Assembly (NCBI GenBank): GCA_002722955.1
Contig: PBMZ01000076.1
Span: forward strand, 11,132-75,131
Source of the DNA: Planctomycetaceae bacterium
GTDB lineage: Bacteria; Planctomycetota; Planctomycetia; Planctomycetales; Planctomycetaceae
DNA length: 64,000 nucleotides
Reading direction: 5' to 3'
Shown here: one piece after another, positions 31,618 to 39,367 of the stretch
Numbering within the stretch: position 1 is the first letter of the stretch
How the letters are laid out: every line of letters begins with the position of its first letter
Translations under genes and position numbers: made by a program
The notes under the pieces: generated by a model
Told to the model about the DNA's origin: nothing
The model's input: the letters and a program-made list of their open reading frames with translations, nothing else
Database searches by the model: none

Positions 31618-32676
31618 GGATAAAAGTCCTTCCCTTACAAACGCTTGCTGATAATACGTATATATGTGGTCGTAAAGCCACATGCTCATGAGTACAAAAC
31701 GTTGGGGTGTCGCGTCTTACGTGGTAAGTGAATGTGCTCGAAGTAAAATTGCTAAAATTGATATAATCCCTAAGGTTCGCAGGGCCTCTAGGATAGTTAT
31801 TTTTCCTTAAATTGCCCAAACTACTTGTGGGGCTTTGGTTTGTCCAGTTTGAATTGAACCGTTTTTGCGTTTCTTGTTCATGCAAATGTTCAGTTCCCTG
31901 GCGTCTGGATTTTGAATGTTTGGCCAGTGACTTGAGCTGTTTTCCGCGCAGATAATCAGTATTGCTAGCTGCCGAAAAGAGCGATGGCGCGGCGCGCATG
32001 ATGAGCGGCTTAGAGGACTCAACACAGAGAATTGTTACCTGTGAAATTACAGGACGTGTGTACACAAATTACTCCGGATTATTCCGGTTGTATCGGATCT
32101 ATCGGTATAGACGCGCCGTAAGTACAAAAAAACAAAAAACACCTCTAGCTCAACTTAAGAGCGTTTCTGGACGTCGTAAGTCAATGATTTCAAACGTTTT
32201 ATGCACCACGCATTAGAGTTTGGCGATTTTTTGTTTTGTCAAAATTACACAAGAAAAATCGCCAATTTGTGCCCAAGAGTGGGTGCCTGAACTGCGCAGT
32301 AATCGCACATGCCCACTTTTCCTGCCCTGTTGCGCCGCGCTCGCTTGAATTGGCGTTGTCACTTACTGGAATTCGCGGCCTTGCCGAAATCGGCATTTTG
32401 TGCCCAGTCGCGAAACCAGCTAAGGACGCACGCGCATCGCGCACGCAAATGCAAACTCACTAAGAGCTTGCAAAACTGCGGATCATCTGACGTCGACGAT
32501 TGTTAAGATTCGTCGTGCTCGCGTACCGAAAGAGCGTGTCCGCAGTGAAGATATCGCCAATGTTTTCCCTATTTCTTTTAAATTCTCCAATTCCCACCTG
32601 AAGTCGCGCTACTTGCACCATGTTGCACCGCTTGATTGTGAGACTCGCTGGATTGGTTCTCATCCAAGCCCGTCCG

Positions 32677-34191
32677 TTACTCGTAGTCCCATTTCATGAT
32701 CCAAGGATCCTGCATTCGCTTCTGAAACGCCTTCAGCTTCGCTTGATAGGCTTCCAGCACCTTGGCGAATTGAGGATTGATGGCTAGGTTCTTGGACTCA
32801 TTTGGGTCTGCATAGATGTCGTAAAGTTCGAAGCGGGGTCGATTTATGTACTGTCCCACCGTTTTCTTGCCATACGGGGCATCTTTGCCTTTGCGGAATT
32901 GAGCCTGCCAACTGGAAGCCGCCCAGAGGTCTGACGCGAACGGATACGGCAAACCATGCGCGATATTCCAGATCAGCTTGTACTTCTTATCCCGTACGAC
33001 TCGCATGGGGTAATACATTTGAATTTCATGAAATGTGTGCGACGCGAACACGGTCTCCCAGTGCTCGGCATCCGCATTACCAAGGATCGGGATCCAAGAT
33101 TTGCCGTGATAGGACGTGTATTGGGCTCCGCGGTTCTCCTTGAGATTCTCGCCCCGATCCTTCCAGTACTTATTGGCATTCAGCGGGTCTTGAGGCCCGT
33201 TGGTCTTGGCATCCAGCCCGCCAGCAAAGTCCAGCAGCGACGGAGTGATATCGATGTGGCTGATCATTGCCTTCGAGACCACGCCGCGTTTTTTCTGATA
33301 GGGGTTACGGACGACGAACGGCACCTTCAAGCCACCTTCATAGACGGTAGTTTTGCCGCCCGAAAAGGCCATGCCGTGATCGGATGTAAACACGATCATG
33401 GTTTTGTCATAGAGACCAGCTTCCTTCAGGATTTCCACCAAGCGACCGACGCCCTGGTCGATCCGCGAGCACGATTGGTAGTATTGGGCCAGTTCTTCGC
33501 GAGTCTCGGCGGTATCGGGCAAGAAGTCTGGGATCGGCACCTTGGCTGGATCATAGAACACCTCGTCGATGCCCTGGTGAGAGCCACGGTTTGGTTTGTT
33601 GCCGAACAGATCGGCCTTCAATTCCAGTTTCGAGGTTTGGTCTTTCCCGCCGCCTCGGTGAGGGTCGCTGGTCCCGAAATAGAGGAAAAATGGCCGCTCA
33701 TCTTCCGTGTCGGTGATAAACTCGCGAGCCGCATTGGCCATCTGCAGAGCGTTGCGGCCGTTGCCCTTGATGTATTTCTCGAATCGGTAGACCTCTTCGG
33801 GAGCCACGTGGTACTTGCCAATCTGAGCGGTCCGGTAGCCGGCTCGAGCCAAGACTCTCGGCATGGCCAAGCTGATCACGTTGTAAAACGACGAGAACTT
33901 GTGAAACGCGTGCTGGTGACCGTACTGCCCGTTTCGGTGGTTGTGCAGGCCAGACATGACAACGGACCGGCTGGCGCTGCAGCTAGCCGTTGTGGCAAAA
34001 GCGTTGGTAAACCGAGTGCCATCGGTGGCTAAGGCGTCGATGTTGGGGGTCACCGCAATCGCATCGCCATAACATCCCAGCGTGGGGCTTTCATCATCGG
34101 TGATGAAAAAGATGATGTTCTTCTCGGCGGCCTGCGAAAGCGAGCAAGCGAGCAGCAATAGCAAACACGAAAAGCCGATTGAGCGACTCAT
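32677..34191 (-). CDS. Sulfatase (formylglycine-dependent, arylsulfatase A / N-sulfoglucosamine sulfohydrolase-like), secreted
   Basis: 504 aa ORF. It has a signal peptide MSRSIGFSCLLLLLACSLSQAAE and the N-terminal metal motif IIFFITDDESP. The active-site motif CSASRSVVMSGL is the C-x-A-x-R variant. A FTSDHG motif is present. Confidence 0.9.
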   Translation of the reverse strand: MSRSIGFSCLLLLLACSLSQAAEKNIIFFITDDESPTLGCYGDAIAVTPNIDALATDGTRFTNAFATTASCSASRSVVMSGLHNHRNGQYGHQHAFHKFSSFYNVISLAMPRVLARAGYRTAQIGKYHVAPEEVYRFEKYIKGNGRNALQMANAAREFITDTEDERPFFLYFGTSDPHRGGGKDQTSKLELKADLFGNKPNRGSHQGIDEVFYDPAKVPIPDFLPDTAETREELAQYYQSCSRIDQGVGRLVEILKEAGLYDKTMIVFTSDHGMAFSGGKTTVYEGGLKVPFVVRNPYQKKRGVVSKAMISHIDITPSLLDFAGGLDAKTNGPQDPLNANKYWKDRGENLKENRGAQYTSYHGKSWIPILGNADAEHWETVFASHTFHEIQMYYPMRVVRDKKYKLIWNIAHGLPYPFASDLWAASSWQAQFRKGKDAPYGKKTVGQYINRPRFELYDIYADPNESKNLAINPQFAKVLEAYQAKLKAFQKRMQDPWIMKWDYE

Positions 34192-34672
34192 GAGATTCTC
34201 CGGTTGGTAATCAAAGCACGCTCCGCGTGTTCGTTCGTGGCAGTTTTCCGCATCGAGCCTGAATTGCCACTTTGCGTATCCATAACAATTGCGCCCAACC
34301 GCCTACTATCCGAGAATTCTCCCACGAATCAAGCCTCGGCTCTGGTGAATCCAGACGACGGAATGCGATGAGGCATTTTTCGAAACACTAATCGGCGCTA
34401 ATTCTGCGCGCATTGAGAATTCGTAACGCGCTCGACTTTATGTCGGGGGTTCTCGCGTTTTTTCACTACGACACGACGAATAGTGCAGAGACGCGAGAAC
34501 CCCTGAGTTCAACTCAGGGGCGTTTGAACAATTGAAGGACAGAGCTAGTCTTTTCTGATTAGCGTTCAATAGTGTCGATTAGCGTTCCCAACCAGTTTCC
34601 CCCGTTCCCTTCCCCGAACGCATCGAAGTTGATAGAAGCCAACTGACGAATCTATGATCTTTGGGGAGCGGA

Positions 34673-35053
34673 ATGATGTTGGATGGTGGCGAAACCCTGT
34701 ACGCGCGGCTTGGCGGTTACGATGCGATCTCGGCGGTGGCGGATAATCTGTTACCGCGATTGATGGGCGACGATCAATTGGGCCGCTTTTGGGCTCATCG
34801 AGGCGATGACGGAATCGCTCGAGAGAAACAGTTGCTGATCGACTTCTTGGCTCATAACGCTGGTGGCCCCATGTATTACACGGGGCGCAACATGACCTTG
34901 GCTCACAAAGGCATGAGAATCTCCGAGTCCGACTGGTCCAGATTCTTGGGCCACTTGAACAACACGCTGGATCATTTCAATTTGGGCGAAGCCGAGCGAA
35001 ACGACGTGCTGGGCTTCATCGAAAGCACGAAGTCCGAAATTGTCGAGGCGTAA
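34673..35053 (+). CDS. Truncated hemoglobin (group I trHb-like 2-on-2 globin)
   Basis: ETLYARLGGYDAISAVADNLLPRLMGDDQLGRFW...GGPMYYTGRNMTLAHKGMRI aligns by eye with the trHbN/GlbN pattern (LYxxLGG...DxxLxxFF...GGPxxYxGxxMxxxHxxxxI, with a proximal His). The track start is TTG at 34661. I prefer the in-frame ATG at 34673. Confidence 0.8.
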   Translation: MMLDGGETLYARLGGYDAISAVADNLLPRLMGDDQLGRFWAHRGDDGIAREKQLLIDFLAHNAGGPMYYTGRNMTLAHKGMRISESDWSRFLGHLNNTLDHFNLGEAERNDVLGFIESTKSEIVEA

Positions 35054-35055
35054 TC

Positions 35056-35622
35056 GTGCAAGCTCCGATCACTGAACAACTCGAGCGCGTATTCGCCAAC
35101 AAAGGTGACTCACAGTACGGATTCGAAGCCGTCACGCAACTGGAACACGCATTGCAAGCCGCGACCCTTGCCGAGGCAGAAGCGTCGACGCCCGAGTTAA
35201 TCGCGGCGGCGCTGTTGCACGATATCGGTCACTTGCTACACGATTTGCCTGATGATGCGACGGTGCGAGGTATCGACGACCGGCACGAAGTTCTGGGGCA
35301 ACGATTCCTGGAAAGCTACTTCGGCTCGGCAGTCACCGAGCCGGTGAAGTTGCATGTGGACGCGAAACGATTTCTGTGTGCCACGGACAGCAGCTACGAG
35401 TCTCAACTGAGCGAACCGTCGCGGCAGAGCATGAAGCTTCAGGGCGGAATCATGACGCCGGCCGAGGTCGAAGCGTTCTCGGCATTCACTCATCATCAAG
35501 AAGCCGTGCGATTGCGGCGCTGGGACGATTTGGCAAAAGTCGTCGATCTGAAGACGCCGCCGTTGACACATTTCCTGGAAATCATCGCGGCCGAAGTTCC
35601 CATTTCCGAGGTGTCCGAGTGA
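35056..35622 (+). CDS. HD-domain protein of the phosphonate-degradation-associated clade (PhnZ-like / TIGR03276-type)
   Basis: 188 aa with the HD signature LLHDIGHLLHD. The GTG start lies 2 nt after the globin stop (TAA 35051-35053). Size and genomic context (FAD oxidoreductase plus PhnX downstream) match the Phn-HD family as I remember it. Confidence 0.75.
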   Translation: MQAPITEQLERVFANKGDSQYGFEAVTQLEHALQAATLAEAEASTPELIAAALLHDIGHLLHDLPDDATVRGIDDRHEVLGQRFLESYFGSAVTEPVKLHVDAKRFLCATDSSYESQLSEPSRQSMKLQGGIMTPAEVEAFSAFTHHQEAVRLRRWDDLAKVVDLKTPPLTHFLEIIAAEVPISEVSE

Positions 35623-36773
35623 CTCGCACGCAGCCCGAAGCATCGTTCGACGTCGCCGTTGTTGGTGCTGGAATTGTGGGGCTTGCGCATGCGTGGGTGG
35701 CCGCTCGACGTGGACATCGCGTGGTTCTTTTCGATCGATCGCCGCAAGCTCATGGTGCTTCGATCCGCAACTTCGGCATGGTGTGGCCCATCGGGCAGAC
35801 TCTGGGCGTGTGCATGGAGATCGCGCTTCGGTCCAGAGAACTCTGGCTCGAGTTTGCCGAACAGTCCAGGGCATGGGTGAATCCGTGCGGTTCGATCCAC
35901 TTGGCACACCGCGAAGATGAGCTGCCAGTGCTCGAGGAGTTTTGCTCGCTGGCTAAAGGCGACGGATTGCCCGTTCGCATGCTGTCGAAGCAAGAAGTCT
36001 TAGACCTTTCTCCGGCCGCCAATCCGTCCGGACTGCTTGGTGGGATGCACAGCGATTTGGAATTGTGCGTCAATCCGCGCGAAGTGATCGCTGGGATGCC
36101 CGAGTTCTTGATAGAGAAATGTGGCGTCGAAACACACTTCAACACGCTGATCACTCAGGTCGGCAGTGGTCAATTGACGGCTTCTGATGGGCGAAGCTGG
36201 CAGGCGGATCGAATCTTCGTCTGCAGCGGCAGCGATTTTCAGACGTTATTTCCTCGCGTCTTCCTGGGATCAGGACTGCGGAAGTGCAAGCTACAAATGA
36301 TGCGCACGAAGCCTCAAGCCAGCGGCTGGCGAATCGGGCCACATTTGGCAAGCGGCTTGACCTTACGGCACTATCAATCGTTCACAGCCTGCCCGTCACT
36401 CGAAGCGTTGAAACAAAGGGTCGCCAATGAGACGCCCGAGCTGGATCGATTCGGAATCCATGTGATGGCCTCTCAGAACAACGCCGGCGAAGTGATCCTG
36501 GGTGACTCACACGAGTATGACGACCAACTGACGCCTTTTGATAAGTCCCAGATTGAAGCATTAATGCTGCGAGAACTTGCTAAGATCATCAAGCTGCCCG
36601 ATTGGGAAATCGCCGAACGATGGCACGGAGTTTACGCCAAGCATCCCCATGCGTTGATTTTCTACGCCGAGCCAGCCGATGGAGTTCATGTTACCGTCGG
36701 TCCTGGAGGTGCCGGCATGACGATGTCCTTCGGGTTGGCTGATCAGGCTTGGCGAGATATCGAAGAAGTTTGA
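35619..36773 (+). CDS. FAD-dependent oxidoreductase (DAO family, TIGR03364-type aminophosphonate oxidoreductase)
   Basis: The GTG at 35619 overlaps the HD-gene stop (GTGA). Translation VTRTQPEASFDVAVVGAGIVGLAHAWVAARRGHRVVLFDR contains the GxGxxG Rossmann motif right at the N-terminus. The 465 aa track ORF starting at 35376 is an upstream extension that overlaps the HD gene. Confidence 0.8.
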   Translation: MTRTQPEASFDVAVVGAGIVGLAHAWVAARRGHRVVLFDRSPQAHGASIRNFGMVWPIGQTLGVCMEIALRSRELWLEFAEQSRAWVNPCGSIHLAHREDELPVLEEFCSLAKGDGLPVRMLSKQEVLDLSPAANPSGLLGGMHSDLELCVNPREVIAGMPEFLIEKCGVETHFNTLITQVGSGQLTASDGRSWQADRIFVCSGSDFQTLFPRVFLGSGLRKCKLQMMRTKPQASGWRIGPHLASGLTLRHYQSFTACPSLEALKQRVANETPELDRFGIHVMASQNNAGEVILGDSHEYDDQLTPFDKSQIEALMLRELAKIIKLPDWEIAERWHGVYAKHPHALIFYAEPADGVHVTVGPGGAGMTMSFGLADQAWRDIEEV

Positions 36774-36889
36774 ATGGAATGTCCAATGCCCAACAAGGAA
36801 TTTCGAAGGTCGAAGTAAGATGTTCTTGTCTGGCACGCAACTTCTTCCTTGGACCTTCGAAATTCCTTATTGGACATTGGACATTCCAT
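36774..36889. repeat. REP-like inverted repeat: 38 nt arms, 36/38 complementary, 40 nt spacer
   Basis: The left arm is ATGGAATGTCCAATGCCCAACAAGGAATTTCGAAGGTC (36774-36811). The right arm is GACCTTCGAAATTCCTTATTGGACATTGGACATTCCAT (36852-36889). It lies between the FAD-oxidoreductase stop and the phnX start. Confidence 0.9.
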
Positions 36890-36928
36890 CTCACACCACA
36901 ATTGCTACTAAGAAAACCGTAATTCACC

Positions 36929-37744
36929 ATGTCAGAGCCGTTTCGTCATTTGAAAGCCGTTATCTTCGATTGGGCGGGAACTACAGTTGATCACGGCAGT
37001 CGTGCGCCAGCATTGGTCTTTCGTGAAATCTTTCATCGGCAGGGCATCGAGATCACGTTGGCTCAAGCACGCGGGCCGATGGGGCTTGCCAAGCGAGACC
37101 ACATTGCCGCCCTTCTACGGCTGCCAGATGTTCGCGAAGCTTGGCTTGGGCAACACGGTGCCGAGGCCACGGACGCCGACATTGATTCGCTGTACGCCGA
37201 CTTTCTGCCGCTTCAAAAAGAAACACTGGTAACGCACACCGAAATCATCGATGGTGTGGTTGATTCGGTCGCCCAGTGTCGTCAGCGCGGGCTTTCCATC
37301 GGGTCCTCGACTGGATATACGCACGAGTTGGTTGATGTCTTCGCCGAGCAAATCGCGCAGCAAGGCTATCGCCCCGATTGCGTTCTGTGTTCAGAAGATG
37401 CTCCGCAGGGTCGTCCAGCGCCGTGGTTGATCTTCAACGCCGCTCAGCAAATGGGCGTCTTCCCAATGTGCCACATTGTGAAAGTGGATGACACGACTCC
37501 CGGCATCGAAGCGGGCAAGAACGCCGGTTGCTGGACGGTCGGAATCACTCGGACTGGAAACGAAGTAGGTCTCACCGCGGCCGAGTTCGCGGCTCTCTCG
37601 GCAGACGAACAAAACGAGCGGCTCACTACAGCAGCCAACAAGCTAAAAGCGGCAGGTGCCGACTTCATACTAGAGTCCGTGGCTGAGCTGATCCCGCTAC
37701 TGGAAGAAATCAACGATCGGCTCAAGAACGGAGAGCGTCCGTAA
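36929..37744 (+). CDS. phnX: Phosphonoacetaldehyde hydrolase (phosphonatase, HAD superfamily)
   Basis: 271 aa. The N-terminus AVIFDWAGTTVDHGSRAPALVFREIFHRQGIEITLAQARGPMGLAKRDHI closely matches the PhnX consensus (VIFDWAGTTVD...PMGL.K.DH). Confidence 0.9.
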   Translation: MSEPFRHLKAVIFDWAGTTVDHGSRAPALVFREIFHRQGIEITLAQARGPMGLAKRDHIAALLRLPDVREAWLGQHGAEATDADIDSLYADFLPLQKETLVTHTEIIDGVVDSVAQCRQRGLSIGSSTGYTHELVDVFAEQIAQQGYRPDCVLCSEDAPQGRPAPWLIFNAAQQMGVFPMCHIVKVDDTTPGIEAGKNAGCWTVGITRTGNEVGLTAAEFAALSADEQNERLTTAANKLKAAGADFILESVAELIPLLEEINDRLKNGERP

Positions 37745-37750
37745 TCTCTC

Positions 37751-38256
37751 CTACTTCCCAGGCAACTCCCAGACTACCGAGAAATCGTCCTCATGAAACA
37801 TGCAATTGACGGCCCGTGACAAGAGCACCATTGACGGACCGTCGCCTGGGTATTGATTCAGCAGCTCGCCGAGTACTTGCACGGCTTTGTTGTGATCTTG
37901 CTGTTCGAAGTGATCCAAGGCCTCGACATAAAGGTCCATTTTTTCTCGATCGCTCGCCGACGCGTTGACAAGTTCGTAAAGCTGAATTGGTTGGTCGATA
38001 TTGACAACCCGCGCGCTGCACACTCGGCGAGAATCAAAAGATTTGTCCAAACCCGCAAAGGTCGAGCCTGTTGATGACCGATTTTGGTTTCGGTGCGCTC
38101 GGCGATGATCAGCCGCCAGATCGGATCTGTTTTGCGCAGCGTGTACGCATCGTCTTCGCCAGTGCATTGCCGACCCAATTCGACAGGGCCAGAAAACTCA
38201 CCCGAATAGACTGTGCTTGAACCTTCTAGGATTCTGACTCGGAAGTCCGCGCTCAT
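37751..38256 (-). pseudogene. Remnant of an FHA-domain adenylate/guanylate cyclase gene: N-terminal FHA start joined out of frame to the cyclase C-terminal tail
   Basis: Frame A (37858-38256) starts MSADFRVRILEGSSTVYSGEFSGPVELGRQ..., which is FHA-like. Frame B (37751-38167) ends ...SFDSRRVCSARVVNIDQPIQLYELV...LLSRAVNCMFHEDDFSVVWELPGK, the typical end of a class III cyclase domain plus tail. The catalytic core is missing, with only ~500 bp in total. Confidence 0.5.
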
Positions 38257-38437
38257 GACGTTAGATTATGGTCTTAAGGGTCCTCGACATCCGTGTGAGG
38301 ATTGGATCGAATGACCTAATACCAACGGTAACGGTACTCCCCCTTTCAAAGTCAAAGCCGGTTACGCTCTACTGAGCACCAGCTATCTCATAGATTATCC
38401 GAGAATTGGACAGCGAAACAACAAGAGATCGCAAGAA

Positions 38438-39367
38438 ATGCAGGAACCTTACCTCATCCAACTCGGAAATCGACTCAGCCAAGGCCTAACTCAGATGGCG
38501 CCCGACCGTCGCGAGCGGCATCGTCAGTTCATTTTAAGCCACCAGATGGAAGATGGCGGATTTAGGGGGCGTGAGGGGGACTCGGACCTGTATTACACCA
38601 GCTTTGCGGTTCGAGGCTTGGCGATGTTGGGCGGTTTAGGAGGAATAGAGTGCGATCGGCTGTTCGAATACGTCAAGAGTCACCGTGACCAGCAACTGAA
38701 CGTGGTCGATCTCGTCAGTTGGCTGTATACCGCATTGGCGGTCCAGATTTTTGGCGGGCAAGACGTCTTTGCCGATGCCAACGGTGATTGGCCTGATAAG
38801 ATCGCCGAGCAGATGGAATCCGTCCGCACGGAAGACGGTGGCTACGCGAAATCCGTCGAGGGAGCGTCTGGCAGCACGTACCATACGTTTTTGGTCGCGT
38901 TGACTTACGAGCTGATTAGCAAGCAGGTACCTCGGCCAAATTCCTTGGTCCAATTTGTCTACGATCGCCAGCGAGATGATGGTGGCTTTGTCGAGATCGC
39001 GGCGATGAAACGAAGCGGCACGAATCCGACTGCTGCCGCAGCCGCCTTGCTGAAGATCTTCGACGCCTTGGATGACGAATTGTGTGATGATGTCCGCGAG
39101 TACTTGGGCTTGGTGCGAGGAGCCGAGGGAGGTTTTCAGGCCAACACCAGAATTCCCTTCGCCGACGGTCTCTCGACATTCACGGCATTACTGACAACGC
39201 TGGATTTGGACTTGGATCCCGTGATCTCGCCCGCGAAGATTGAGGAGTTCATTGCTGGAGATCTCGAGTTCCCAACGGGCGGCTTTCGAGGTGCCAGTTG
39301 GGATGAGCAAGCGGACGTGGAATACACTTTTTATGGGTTGGGCACGTTGGGGCTTCTTTGGTCATGA
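38438..39367 (+). CDS. Prenyltransferase / squalene-oxidase repeat (alpha-alpha toroid) protein, geranylgeranyltransferase beta-subunit-like
   Basis: 309 aa with five repeats of the (E/D)(D/G)GGF type: EDGGFRGREG, EDGGYAKSVEG, DDGGFVEIAA, AEGGFQANT and PTGGFRGASW. Confidence 0.8.
   Translation: MQEPYLIQLGNRLSQGLTQMAPDRRERHRQFILSHQMEDGGFRGREGDSDLYYTSFAVRGLAMLGGLGGIECDRLFEYVKSHRDQQLNVVDLVSWLYTALAVQIFGGQDVFADANGDWPDKIAEQMESVRTEDGGYAKSVEGASGSTYHTFLVALTYELISKQVPRPNSLVQFVYDRQRDDGGFVEIAAMKRSGTNPTAAAAALLKIFDALDDELCDDVREYLGLVRGAEGGFQANTRIPFADGLSTFTALLTTLDLDLDPVISPAKIEEFIAGDLEFPTGGFRGASWDEQADVEYTFYGLGTLGLLWS

Noticed and set aside
31604-32065. 153 aa minus-strand ORF immediately upstream of the giant gene, together with neighbouring small ORFs up to 32663.
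   Set aside because: Composition and sequence are not protein-like, no motifs are present, the region is AT-richer intergenic DNA, and the ORFs overlap each other in multiple frames.
32956-34032. 358 aa plus-strand ORF. Similar cases are 45488-46369 (293 aa) and 47709-48405.
   Set aside because: They are antisense to clearly identified sulfatase genes and have no domain-like sequence.
35376-35618. 5' extension of the FAD-oxidoreductase ORF (track start 35376). Also the antisense ORFs 35236-35907, 35496-35993 and 35750-36154.
   Set aside because: The extension overlaps the HD-domain gene in another frame and reads as Arg/Ser-rich nonsense. The Rossmann GxGxxG motif follows directly after the GTG at 35619, which overlaps the HD stop. 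The antisense ORFs have no protein-like features.
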